A stretch of DNA of 64,000 bases from the human T2T-CHM13v2.0 reference genome, Homo sapiens, in NCBI RefSeq assembly GCF_009914755.1, contig NC_060926.1; one strand, written 5' to 3'. Each line of letters begins with the position of its first letter. Position 1 is the first letter of the stretch. The notes beneath the pieces are model-generated. The model saw only the letters and a list, made by a program, of their open reading frames with translations, made no database searches and was not told where the DNA came from. A program made the translations under genes and the position numbers. Positions 25,835-43,429 of the stretch are shown one piece after another.

Positions 25835-26406
25835 TGGAGTCACGGTTGTACAGAATAGATAGGGGAAGTTGAGGTAACAGATCACATGACGTTTCTAATC
25901 TAGCTGTTGTGATCCTTTCAAACGAATGCTGAAGACCTTGATACCTGGACCTCCAGGGATATCCAGGGGTATTCCATTTGGACACCCTTCCCACTCTGTT
26001 TCTTGCTTCTTATTTCCAGAAACTCACTCTTGTAGCATTTTCCTTTTTATTATTTTAATGCTTTTCTCTTCTTGGCAGTACCAGTTTAAGAGTTTCTATA
26101 TAGAAAAAATGTGTAATTATGATGTGGTTGTAGATGAATGTTTCTGGGCATATGAGACAAGTAGGCTTGAATCTTCATTGGGAAATGTTTGTCTTAGTTG
26201 AAAATTTGCGAAACCTCTGTTTCGCATTTCAGAAAAGGATCAGGTGATGAATATTTCAGGGAAGAAGTCAAGGGATTAACAAGATCATATTTGCCTTGAG
26301 AATTTCTCTGGGCCTAGTGAAGAATGGACTAGGGTGGGAGTGTGTGTAAGAAGGCAGATAGTATTACTGGGTTAAGGGAGATTACTCACAAACTATTGCA
26401 ATTGAC

Positions 26407-26629
26407 CAGGGGTCAGCAAACATTTTCTATAAAGAATAGATGGTAAATATTTTAGGCTTTGTGGTCCAGATGGTCTTTGTCACAACTATTCAATTCTGAT
26501 GTTATATTGTGAAATTTGCAATAGATGGTATGTAAATAAATGGGTGTGGCTCTGTTTCAATATAGCTTTGCTTACAAAATCAGGCAGCAGGCTAAATTTG
26601 GACCACTGTTTGTAGTTTGGCAACCCCTA
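26407..26629 (+). mobile_element. MER58A hAT-Charlie element
   Basis: caggggtcagcaaac...gtaaatattttaggctttgtgg...tagtttggcaacccct inverted termini. Confidence 0.85.
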
Positions 26630-28641
26630 TGATAGACCATTACTGTACTAAAGCAATGACAGTGGGACTGGACAGGAGATAAAATTGATTGGCTTAATTA
26701 CACATGTTTTGACTTATATTGTACCAGGTGCTCTGCTAGGCACAGGGAATATGTAGTGAATAAAAGAGACAAAAATTTTTGCCCAAACGGAGTTTTCATT
26801 CCAGGAAAATTTAAAATACAAAATCCTACCATGTAGTTTACCTATTAAATGGGAAAGGGAGACAAATACTTTGGGATGGGAAGGGGGATAGAAAATATGT
26901 ATTTTCACAAAAATTCTTTGTGGGAAAGTGCTGGTCAAGGATTGTGATAAAACATGAGATTAATTAGAGAGCACTTCCTCAATTACACATTGACTCACTT
27001 TTTTTTTTGGTCTATAAACATATGTTACAGTGTGTTTTCTGCGCAATGTAATGTGTATAAAATAATCAGCATACATAAGCACACATAATAGTTCTATGTG
27101 AGTAGTCTGGAGCCCCAGCCAGAGACATAATTTTGTACAGGATGAATAATGTGACCATACAGTGACTTGTACAAGAGTCACATATCAAAGGATAATAAAA
27201 TGATGCTCCTATCATAGATATTAAACATGCAACTCTTCCTCTGGGTCAAGTTGCAATTTTCACAGAAAGTCTGGATGATGTTTTTGTCCTTTTATGGAAA
27301 ATGTGAGGAGAATTTCAGTTTATTAGGAACATTTGATTCCCTCTTTCTTGTTGACCTTTGCCAGCCATTTGTGTTTGTCTGGCTTCACATTCAGGCAGCC
27401 AGGAGAGGCTTCTCCCAGCAAGTGATGCAAAGAAAGTTTGTTTCCAACAAGGACATGTGTGGGGTCTGAGTACCACAAAAAATGATGATGTGAAATGATG
27501 GCAAGCTATGATGGAACAGTGAATTGGGAGTTTGTTTTGCCACCATTTTCATCCTCTAAAATACGTTTAGAAAGCAATCACAGGCTTAATGATTGCTTCT
27601 TCTATAAGTATATAGTTAGTTATATTTACAACATCTAACCAATGGCACTGTAACCAGCATCTGCTGTAATGACAAATGCCTTTTAAATTGTTAGTATCAG
27701 AAAGTAAAAGGATGTTTCTTATTTCTGGTTGTGGGAACTTTATTCTTCCTGTGTCTCCAGGGTGTATGTTCAAATCTATGCATTTTACATAGCATACATG
27801 TTCAACCTAAGGAGAGTTCACATATTTTATTTTTATTTTACTGATGATAATGTGCTATGTTCTATGCCTTAATGCAGACCATGGGAAGAACCACTATGAA
27901 TCAGTAAGAGCCTCCATGGCAGGATTGTATTCACTGGTGCACTGACTTTTCATGAAAACCAATGAGACCACAACGTACGATCTGATATTTTCAGAGTGTG
28001 GGGAAAGTCTAGAGAAAGATTTATCTCACTCACTGATTTTTAGGCTCCAATATTTTAACTAGATGTTACCAGTCTTGCATCCGTATTTGGAATTAGGTAT
28101 GAGAGATTCATGCTTTGTTGTCGGGAGGGAAGGAATGTCTATGAAGGCAAAAAAAAAAAAAGTATCACCAAGGGGGAGGGTTCAAAGTGGAGAACTAAGA
28201 AAAGCAGACAACATCTGCTGCTCTAGTTGTTAACTGCTGGTTGGTATCCAGTGTCTATTCGGTCTTCCATCCTAGCAGAACTCCAATTTACTGACGTTTC
28301 CACACTTCTCTATATGACTCAGAGAATTTCAGTTTTGGATTTTGATTCATCTATAGGTTTTTGAAATTTCCACTGACTTACCTGAAAACTTGCTGAATAC
28401 ATAGGTGAACAGATTTTTTTTTATTTATTTTTTATTATTATACTTTAAGTTTCAGGGTACATGTGCACATTGTGCAGGTTAGTTACATATGTATACATGT
28501 GCCATGCTGGTGTGCTGCACCCACTAATTCGTCATCTAGCATTAGGTATATCTCGCAATGCTATCCCTCCCCCCTCCCCCTACCCCACAACAGTCCCCAG
28601 AGTGTGATATTCCCCTTCCTGTGTCCATGAGATCTCATTGT

Positions 28642-32470
<3,829 letters not shown>

Positions 32471-32533
32471 TATGATGTTAGCTGGTGATTTTGCTCGTTA
32501 GTTGATGCAGTTTCTTCCTAGTCTCGATGGTCT

Positions 32534-33550
32534 TTACATTTTGGCATGATTTTGCAGCGGCTGGTACCGGTTGTTCCTTTCCATATTTAGCGCTTCCTTC
32601 AGGAGCTCTTTTAGGGCAGGCCTGGTGGTGACAAAATCTCTCAGCATTTGCTTGTCTGTAAAGTATTTTATTTGTCCTTCACTTATGAAGCTTAGTTTGG
32701 CTGGATATGAAATTCTGGGTTGAAAATTCTTTTCTTTAAGAGTGTTGAATATTGGCCCCCACTCTCTTCTGGCTTGTAGGGTCTCTGCCGAGAGATCTGC
32801 TGTTAGTCTGATGGGCTTCCCTTTGAGGGTAACCCGACCTTTCTCTCTGGCTGCCCTTAACATTTTTTCCTTCATTTCAACTTTGGTGAATCTGACAATT
32901 ATGTGTCTTGGAGTTGCTCTTCTCAAGGAGTATCTTTGTGGCGTTCTCTGTATTTCCTGAATCTGAATGTTGGCCTGCCTTGCTAGATTGGGGAAGTTCT
33001 CCTGGATAATATCCTGCAGCGTGTTTTCCAACTTGGTTCCATTCTCCCCATCACTTTCAGGTACACCAATCAGACGTAGATTTGGTCTTTTCACATAGTC
33101 CCATATTTCTTGGAGGCTTTTCTCATTTCTTTTTATTCTTTTTTCTCTAAACTTCCCTTCTCGCTTCATTTCATTCATTTCATCTTCCATTGCTGATACC
33201 CTTTCTTCCTGTTGATCGCATTGGCTCCTGAGGCTTCTGCATTCTTCACGTAGTTCTCAAGCCTTGGTTTTCAGCTCCATCAGCTCCTTTAAGCACTTCT
33301 CTGTATTGGTTATTCTAGTTATACATTCTTCTAAATTGTTTTCAAAGTTTTCAACTTCTTTGCCTTTGGTTTGAATGTCCTCCCGTCGCTCACAGTAATT
33401 TGATTGTCTGAAGCCTTCTACTCTCAGCTCGTCAAAGTCATTCTCCATCCAGCTTTGTTCCGTTGCTGGTGAGGAACTGCGTTCCTTTGGAGGAGGAGAG
33501 GCACTCTGCTTTTTAGAGTTTCCAGTTTTTCTGTTCTGTTTTTTCCCCAT
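32534..33550 (-). pseudogene. L1 ORF1p, single premature stop
   Basis: MGKKQNRK...NHAKM spans 339 in-frame codons with one TGA at 33257-33259 (codon 98, normally Arg). Confidence 0.95.
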
Positions 33551-34454
33551 CTTTGTGGTTTTATCTACTTTTGGTCTTTGATGATGGTGATGTACAGATG
33601 GGTTTTTGGTGTGGATGTCCTTTATGTTTGTTAGTTTTCCTTCTAACAGAGAGGACCCTCAGCTGCAGGTCTGTTGGAGTACCCTGCCGTGTGAGGTGTC
33701 GGTATGCCCCTGCTGGGGGGTGCCTCCCAGTTAGGCTGCTCGGGGGTCAGGGGTCAGGGACCCACTTGAGGAGGCAGTCTGCCCGTTCTCAGATCTCCAG
33801 CTGCGTGCTGGGAGAACCACTGCTCTCTTCAAAGCTGTCAGACAGGGACATTTAAGTCTGCAGAAGTTACTGCTGTCTTTTTGTTTGTCTGTGCCCTGCC
33901 CCCAGAGGTGGAGCCTACAGAGGCAGGCAGGCCTCCTTGAGCTGTGGTGGGCTCCACCCAGTTCGAGCTTCCTGGCTGCTTTGTTTACCTAATCAAGCCT
34001 GGGCAAAGGCGGGCGCCCCTCCCCCAGCCTCCCTGCCACCTTGCAGTTTGATCTCAGACTGCTGTGCTAGCAATCAGCGAGACTCCCTGGGCGTAGGACC
34101 CTCCGAGCCAGGTGCAGGATATAATCTTGTGATGCGCCGTTTTTCAAGCCGGTCGGAAAAGCACAGTATTCGGGTGGGAGTGACCTGATTTTCCAGGTGC
34201 TGTCCGTCACCCCTTTCTTTGACTCAGAAAGGGAACTCCCTGACCCCTTGCGCTTCCCAAGTGAGGCAATGCCTTGCCCTGCTTCGGCTCGCGCACGGTG
34301 TGCTCACCCACTGACCTGCGCCCACTGTCTGGCACTCCCTAGTGAGATGAACCCGGTACCTCAGATGGAAATGCAGAAATCACCCGTCTTCTGCGTCGCT
34401 CACACTGGTAGCTGTAGACCGGAGCTGTTCCTATTCGGCCATCTTGGCTCCTCC
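33551..34454 (-). promoter_or_regulatory. L1 5'UTR internal sense promoter and antisense promoter
   Basis: CpG-rich 5'UTR; YY1 site caagatggcc intact (ggccatcttg at 34437-34446 on +); the antisense promoter is known for this subfamily and would fire on +. Confidence 0.8.
34006..34188 (+). pseudogene. L1 ORF0 remnant
   Basis: (K)AGAPPPASLPPCSLISDCCASNQRD...RVGVT* matches ORF0; start ATG changed to AAG and an early TGA follows. Confidence 0.8.
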
Positions 34455-34594
34455 AGGTGAACAGATTTTTATTTTGAAATTCTAATCCACAAATTAGGTC
34501 CAAGTTTGGGTCTCAGAAATCTGTGTTTCTACCAAACACTGCAAATCTCCCCTTTCATTAGGGAAGTTGTAATAAATACTGATGTAGGCTCATT

Positions 34595-34990
34595 GGTGTG
34601 TGGCAAACCATAGTGGCTTGTATCAGTCCAGGAGTGGGTTAGTGACTTAAATTAGTCCGAGGTGATAGATGGCAAGGTCTTATAGTTCAGGGTTTTTGAG
34701 AGAGGATTTTCTTCCTACTGTTTTTCCTGAACAAAGACACGTACAGCCCCAGTTATTGGTGTCAGCCATTTTATGAAAGTGAGGAGAATTAGCCTTAGGA
34801 TGAAGAAAGTGTGTGTTTGTGAGAGCAGAAACAGAAAATGAATCAGAAATCTTAATAACAAAATGAGCCATCAATCAACTAAATCCAATGCCTGCACTGG
34901 CCCTGGACTTTTATTATGTGACAAGTGGTTTTCTTATTTGTTAAGCAAGTTGTATTTCCTGTTCTTTGCTGTTAGAAGCTTTCTAATTTC
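34595..34990 (+). mobile_element. Old MaLR LTR fragment (MLT1K/L-like)
   Basis: cagccatttt...ggatgaag...cctggactttt...ttaagcaagtt. Confidence 0.5.
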
Positions 34991-36907
34991 ACCTAATTGT
35001 GATTTTTTTCAAAAGATTTTTTTTTTACTTTAGAAAAAAAATCTAGGAAAAGTATTTCCCAATTTTCTGCTATTATTAAGTAAAATTAAGGTATTAGTCT
35101 ACATCATTTCTCTCTGATAATAAATTTGGAATCCAGGAAGGAACAATCAATTTTTTGCAATTATGTGACGGATACCACTTCAGGATCAATATCTTCAACT
35201 CTTATGTCTTTGGTATTAATCACTAGGAAAAAATAAATTATTGGTTAATAAATGTATAGAAGTATGCATATTTGAAAGTAAATTCAGTAAACGAGACTGG
35301 CTAAATGCTAGGGTATTCAACATTCTAGTCTATAGTTGTAAAGTTGAGAATTAATTTTCCCATGGAAAAATGAAATGAAATATTTTATTAAAATATTCAC
35401 ACATATATGTGATGCTCATTTTAGCTGTGGGATAGGCTTCCGGGCAAAGCCTCTGTTGGCTCTGGGTGGGACAGGTGTCACATTTCCTGCAGATATCCAA
35501 TTGAATTTGGGTGCTTACATACTACTGCTAGCCAGAGCTTGTGGTGTCCTTCCTTTTAAATGCTGTTTTGTATCCAGTAGGTTACACATAAGACTGGTAA
35601 GTTTCTCCAGAAGTAAAAAGGGACTAGAAACTCAACCTTCCTCCCCATAAGTTTTATATATAAATATACATTTGCTGGATGAGAGTGGCAGCTGTTAACA
35701 TATTGCAAGAAAGACAATAGAGTTTCTAAATAAGGAGTCTGAACCTATGTGAAGATTTGGAGGCAAAGCCTAAGGTTTGGAAAGGAATTGTGGTTCCCTA
35801 TTCCATGTAAAACTGGCACCAGGACTTAATTTAGTCAGCCTGACTGCAAGAATGCACCTTAGGGGAAATGCATGCACAGGCATGCACAAGTGTGTGTGCC
35901 TGTGTATCTTCATGCCTTTGCATCCATAGGTAACCTATAACACTTTGGGGCCTGTGCAGCTTAGTGAAGGACACTCTGAGCATAGCAGAAGAAAGGCTCC
36001 ACAGGTATCCTCAGTTGTTAGCTAAAGCTGAACTATTTTCCACGCAATTATCATTGAGACAATTGTTTTGGAGCCCAACCTCAGGGAGTTTAAATTCCTA
36101 CTCTATCAATGAGTACTAAGGGTGACCAGAAATGATTTATAGGTTGGAGTCTTAGGAACAGTAACAAATTGAAACTGTAAGAACATATTAGAATTTCTGC
36201 TAGTCAAACAGGATGAGAGAAACATAAGATTTTGAAGGACTAATATAAATATCTTATTGCTATTATAAGCTGATAAAACCCAGGACATGCTAATTATGCT
36301 TACAGGACAAGGTGGCATATATGAACTGCCCTGCCTAGAACTTTCCCCCAACTCAGTCCTTAAAACTTACCCCAGGAGCTAATAGAATGTTAGATGCAGA
36401 CTGGCAAGCAAAGATTCACTCACCAGAGTTAGAGAGCGCTTCGTAGGGTTTCAGGTGTGAGGAAAGTAGGATTGGCAGGTGAGCTAAACAAGCAAAAGTA
36501 GTACTTCCCTCCCTGATCCCTGAACTAGAGAAAAGAGAAAGTTGCTAAAGACAAACTGTTACAAGAAGCATATGAACCAGGCGTCCTTGAATAACTTCTT
36601 TCCTAACCCCACCAATAGCACTGGAATACAGAGGAACACAAAAAAATTTTCCCTGTGATTTGGGGAATTTCAGTGGAACTTTGACATTTTTGAGGGTGGC
36701 TTTTGTGTACAGAAAATATAACTTGGAGGCTTCTTTATCTTTTAAAATTATTACTTATTTCATTGATATTTCAGATTAAGTCCTAGTTCTTCCTTAAACT
36801 TTGAAGTTCAAATTTAAAATCTTATTTTATTTATTTATATGTTTATTAATAGCTCAAATTTTAACATCACTCTTAAGAGAGATTTTACAATTTGTTTAAA
36901 TTCTCTA

Positions 36908-37209
36908 TTTTTTTTTCTTTTGTGGGGGGCACTGAGTCTCACTCTGTTGCCCAAGCTGGAGTGCAGTGGTCCGATCCTGGCTCACTGCAACCTTGGCCTC
37001 CTGGGTTCAAGCGATTCTCGTGCCTTAGTCACCTGAGTAGCTGGGATTATAGGAATGCACCAGCACATCAGGCTAATTTTTGTACTTTTGATAGAAAGGG
37101 GGTTTTGCCATGTTGGCCAGACTGGTCTTGAACTCCTGGCCTCAAGTGTTCTGCCTGCCTCAGCCTCCCAAAGCCCTGGGATTACAGGAATGAGCCACCA
37201 TGCTGGGCC
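36908..37209 (-). mobile_element. Alu (old AluS, Sz-like)
   Basis: Antisense dimeric Alu; TSD taaattctct on both sides. Confidence 0.92.
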
Positions 37210-37610
37210 ATAAATTCTCTTAAGCATTTTAAACAGCATTTACAAATTTAGTATATTTAATTTTCTCTTTAAGTAGTTCGTCCAACAAGTGAATTTTCTC
37301 AAAGTACCAAAATATATCTGGTAAATCTAATGAATTGAACTTAGTAATTAATTATAATAATGTTTAAATCTCTTAAACATTCTAAACTGTTTTCACATGT
37401 GGTTGAACATTATCATTTTCAGCTTAAAACTGTAAGTCTAAATCAATAATTCAGATATATAAATTGAAACATAAGTCTGATCTTTTAAGTGTTCTAATAT
37501 TCTAAATTATCTTAAATATTAAGAACAATTAAAACAATAAATATATAAAGATTATTCCAAAAGCTAACATAAAATATTTCTATTATCAGTGTTATTTTCA
37601 TTTCCATTTC

Positions 37611-37800
37611 TAGTTTTTATTTCTCAAAACCTGGTCTCATAACTTGCAGTATCAACATCACCTGGGAAATTGTTAGAAATACAAATTCTCAGGCCCTACC
37701 CCAGCCCTCCAGAAACAGAAACTCAGGATGGGGCCCAGCAATTTGTGTTTTAATAAGAGTTACAGATGATTCTGATGATGCTTAAGTCTAATAACTATTG
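37611..37800. mobile_element. MER5A hAT-Charlie element
   Basis: catcacctgggaaattgttagaaatacaaattctcaggccctacccc...ggggcccagcaatttgtgttttaa. Confidence 0.8.
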
Positions 37801-39258
37801 CATGTTTAATTCTAAAGCACTTCAAGGGTAAGGCATTAGTGACATAAAAATAAATGATCCTACAATTTGAGGTTGCCTTCTCAAATAGCTTTGGGGTTAA
37901 ATGCTCAACTGGCTGAAGTTGCATATTAATGTGAGATTTTTGGCCAGGCAGGAAATTTGGGGCATTAGACATCTCAGGTGATCTTTCTTGTGATAATATT
38001 TAGGGACCTCATGTAAAATACTCTATGATTCCCAAACATAGTTATTGCATAGCTCACATCTGCTAGACCCAAATCATATATAACTTATTAACCAAATCTA
38101 AGTCTGCAGCTCTCACCCGAGCTGCATCACTGCTTGATTAGATTTAGATAAGTTGTTTCTTGCCTGATCCTAGTCTGATTCTTTTTATGTACTTTCTTCC
38201 CTGGTGGAGCTACAATTTCTATAGGTTCGTAAGTGATGTCAACTTTAATTTTAATGTAATATCCACTTTGATTCTGTCTATCTCTAAAGATGTGTCTTTC
38301 TGGACTCAGCATAAACATCATGCTAATAGCAGGAAGATTAAACATTAAGGGGTAGGGGTAGGCTTGTGTGCCACTTTTATCTAAAATTTAAAGTGGGGTC
38401 TTGCTGTAGTTACTCATACCACAAGAATGGAAGGGGCACTAGCAGTAGAGCTGGTGTCATAGCATCGAAATGCGTGATTTATAGTAAAAAATAATGAGAA
38501 TGGTAACCCCCCAGAGTAGTGCAACAAAGCAGCTCTACATCTGAGCGGGAGTGGATAGGAGACTTCAAATTTCCCTTCGCTCCTAATGAGCCCCCAGTGG
38601 GTGTTAGAATTAGCTGAGAGAGCAACTATAGAATATAGGTTACCAGAAGAAGGTGACAATGTTACAGAAGCAGAGGAGTGGACCATGAACTGTGGGTTAG
38701 AAAGAGACTATGGCTCATCTCAGGGTTCCAGGCCAGGGAGCTGACTTCTGGTTGCCAATAGAGGAAGAGTGGAGGGGTTGCTTTCATACTGAGTAACACC
38801 TGTGCAGAAGAGCTGACAAGATGAGATACATCTGCAGAAAATGACCGGCATATGATCAAGCTACACCACCACCAAGTTGAAGGAAATAAAACAAGAAAAA
38901 ATAAGCAAAACCCACGAAGAAGTATAGAAGGAAGGAAGAGAGTAAGGGAGGGAAGAAGGAATGAAGGAGAAAATAAATAGCAAAAATAGTCCTATAACTT
39001 TCAATAAAGACTTTCTTACTTTGGCAATCAAAAGGGACCCTGGCTCACTGGCTTGCTCCCACCACTAAAACTGAAATGATTCTACACGATTGTGCCGATT
39101 TACTCGCAGAGCTCAGAGCCCACAGTTGGTGTTTTTTGTTGTTGTTGTTTTTTGTTTTTGTTTTTGTTTTTTTTTTTGCTAAGGATGGGCCTTTTGCAAA
39201 AAAGATGAAGACAAATGCTAGGGAAACTCATACTGATTTGCTAAACTAATTAGCCTAT

Positions 39259-39968
39259 TGTGATGGTTAATATTGAGTGTTAACTTTATTGGGTTGAAGG
39301 ATGCAAAGTACTGTTCCTGGGTGTGTCTGTGAGGGTGTTGCCAAAGGAGCTTAACATTTGAGTCAGTGGACTCAGTGAGTCAGAGGCAGATGCAACCTTA
39401 ATCTGGGTGGACACCATCCCCTTGGCTGCCAGTGCAGCTAGAAACAGCAGGCAGAAGAAGGTGGAGTGAGCAGACTTGCTGAGTCTTCTGGCCTTTATCT
39501 TTCTCCTGTGCTGGATGTTTCCTGCCCTCAAACACCAGACTCCAAGTTCTTCGGCTTTTAGGCTCTTGGACTTACACTAGTGGTTTACTAGGGGCCCTTG
39601 GGCTTTTGGCCACAGATTGAAGGCTGCATTGTCCATTGCCTGCTTCCCTACTTTTGAGGTGTTGGGACTCGGACTGAACCACTGCTGGCTTCCTTGCTTC
39701 TCAGCTTTCAGACAGCCTATCATGGGACGTCACCTTGTGATCATGTGAGTCAATTCTCCTTAATAAACTCCCTTTCATATATATATATATGAATATGTAT
39801 GTATATATATATATGAATATGTATATATTCATATGTATATATATATGAATATGTATATATTCATATGTATATGTATATATTCATATGTATATGTATATAT
39901 TCATATGTGTGTATATATATATATATCTCCTAGTAGTTCTGTCCCTCTAGAGAGCCCTGACTAATACA
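39259..39968 (+). mobile_element. MLT2A2-like HERV-L LTR with expanded AT microsatellite
   Basis: tgtgatggttaatattgagtgt...ctagagagccctgactaataca; AATAAA at 39762. Confidence 0.88.
39776..39926. repeat. Complex (TA)n-derived AT-rich repeat
   Basis: Repeated atatgtatatattc / atgaatatgtat units. Confidence 0.9.
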
Positions 39969-40019
39969 GATTTTGGTAGCCTGTATCGTAAAATATCTGG
40001 AAAAAGCTAACAGTCTGAA

Positions 40020-41150
<1,131 letters not shown>

Positions 41151-41376
41151 TAACTCATTTTTAGTGTGAAGGTAATTCTCTTGTTAAAAAAGTTTTTCTA
41201 AAGATGTAGAGATATAATGTAAAAAATGTAATAATAATCTCAATTAAAATTCTAGATAGCTTGAATAAAAAGAGTGGAGCAGGGAAATAGAGATAACAAT
41301 AAGCCATATATAGTGTATTGATTATATAGTGTTAGCACTAGAGATAGTCTGAATTCTAGAGTTTGAAAAATATTTA

Positions 41377-41450
41377 CACACACACACACAAATATATAAA
41401 TATATATATAGAGAGAGAGAGAGAGAGAAAGGAGAGAGAGAGGAGAGAGA
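41377..41450. repeat. Compound (CA)n(TA)n(GA)n microsatellite
   Basis: Read directly from the sequence. Confidence 0.85.
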
Positions 41451-41451
41451 G

Positions 41452-41690
41452 TCCAGGCTGGAGTGCAATGTCATGATCACTGCAAACTCTGTCTAATCAT
41501 CTCAAACCATCCTCTCACCTCCCTGAGTAGTTGGGACTGCAGGCACTCACCAACAGGCCCAGCTAATTTTTGTAGAGATGAAGTTTCGCCATGTTGCCCA
41601 GGCTGGTCTCAAACTCCTGAGCTCAAGCCATTTGCCCACTTCAGCCTCCCAAAGTGCTGGTATTACAAGCGTGAGCCACTGTACATGGCA
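41452..41690 (-). mobile_element. Degenerate, partial AluJ
   Basis: ccaggctggagtgcaatg...ctcccaaagtgctggtattacaagcgtgagccact. Confidence 0.8.
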
Positions 41691-41764
41691 TATATGTATA
41701 TATATATATATATATTTTTTTTTTTTTCCTAAACTGAAGAGTAATACATTCAGTCATATAGTAA

Positions 41765-42290
41765 ATTCATTCATTAATTCATCAAGTACTTATTGAATAC
41801 CTGTTCCATGCCCAGCACTGGATTCAGTATAGGGGATCCGATAGGGAGATGTGGCCCTGCCCACAAAGAGTTTGGAATACATTTCAGTGAATTAGGAATC
41901 TGACATGGGAAGCTCAGGGTACTGTGGGACCACACAGGAATGGTACCTGACCCAGGCTTGATGAGAGATAGAAGAGGCAACTAATTTCTTTAGGAAATGA
42001 CTCAGATAAAATCGGGAGTAGGCGGTGGGGGAAGATGTATGCATGAGAATGTATGCATGACACTGAAAGAGACCATGTGCTTTGAAAGAACTGAAACACT
42101 TCAGGTGGGTTGGAGTATAAAGTTCACTGGGGTAGTAGCATGAGATGAAACTGGAGGGGCAAGCAGGTGCTGGATCATGCTGGGCCGTCTGACTGATGCT
42201 GGAGCAATAGTAGTAGCCCTTGAAAGCTTCTTATGAAGGAAAGAAGGGTGGTGTGATACGTTTGCATATTAGAACATTAACTCAGGTTCT
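41765..42290 (-). mobile_element. L2
   Basis: attcattcattaattcatcaagtacttattgaatacctgttccatgcccagcactg is an L2 3' end. Confidence 0.8.
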
Positions 42291-42361
42291 GCATAAGCAT
42301 GGTAGAAATGCTTTTGCCTCTCCAAAACCAATAAAATTTTGCTATAAAGAATTCATCCAAT

Positions 42362-42770
42362 TGTGATGGTTAATACTGAGTGTCAACTTGATTGGATTGA
42401 AAGATGCAAAGTATTGATCCTTGATGTGTCTGTGAGGGTGTTGCCAAAGGAGATTAACATTTGAGTCAGTGGGCTAGGAAAGGCAGACCTACCCTTAATC
42501 TGCTCGGCACCATCTAATCAGCTGCCAGAAAATATAAAGCAGGCAGGAAAAATTGAAAAGGTGAGGCTGGCCTAGCCTCCCAGCCTACATCTTTCTCGTG
42601 TGCTGGATGGTTTCTGCCCTGGAACATCCAACGGTCTCCAAGTTCTTCAGTTTTGAGACTCAGACTGGCTCTTCTTGCTCCTCAAGCTTGCAGACAGCCT
42701 ATTGTGAGACCTATATCTATCTATATTTATCCTATTATTTCTGTCCCTCTAGGGAACCCTGTTTAATACA
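42362..42770 (+). mobile_element. MLT2A1 solo LTR (HERV-L)
   Basis: tgtgatggttaatactgagtgtcaacttgattggattga...ggcctagcctcccagcctacatc...taataca; TSD ccaat/ccagt. Confidence 0.9.
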
Positions 42771-42775
42771 CCAGT

Positions 42776-42960
42776 GTAGCCTGGGTTTGAAAAAAAAGCT
42801 TGGGTTTTTTAATTTGGGGTTCAAATCTCACCTCCGTCACTTACTAGCTGTGTGATTCAAATATGTCAGTTAGCCTCTTTGAGGCTCAGTTTCTGTCTTG
42901 TTAAAAGAAAAACATGAAAACACTTTTATCTTCTCTTCAGGGCTTTTGTGGCATCATAAG
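42776..42960 (+). mobile_element. MIR
   Basis: gggttcaaatctcacctccgtcacttactagctgtgtga...ctcagtttc core. Confidence 0.75.
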
Positions 42961-43429
42961 TGAGAATTTCATATGCTGACTGTATGTGGACTGTTTTGTT
43001 CCAAGAAGCAGCAGCTCATCTCAAAATAGATGAAGTCAAAGAGAGGGAATTGTAAGAGTGCACTGGCATGTCTCTCAGAAGCCAGTGGCAAGACCGAAGC
43101 TTGGTCTCAGGAACAACTGAATCAGGAATTTGAAAACTGTCAAGATCCTGTTTCTCTCCTCTACACATTGGCTTTCTTCTTATTCCCTAAGGACTGAGTG
43201 TTTGTTTTTTGGCCATCCAAAAGCTTGGGGCTGTCATTTCTTTTGTTCAAAGAACACCCAGGCTGAATTGTAATTTCTTGGTTTCATTTCCAAATTTCTA
43301 GGGAGAGACTCTTCTTTGCTCTCTGGTGTTTGTTCTGCACCCAATTAACTGTGGCAGTGGGTGAGTGTTTGCACTCAGATGGGTTGGAGATATTTCTCAG
43401 GAGAGCAATACTTTCTCAAAAGGAGACAT

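Noticed and set aside
28380-28440. 3' transduction by the L1PA2
   Set aside because: The A-rich tail abuts the TSD directly, with no extra sequence.
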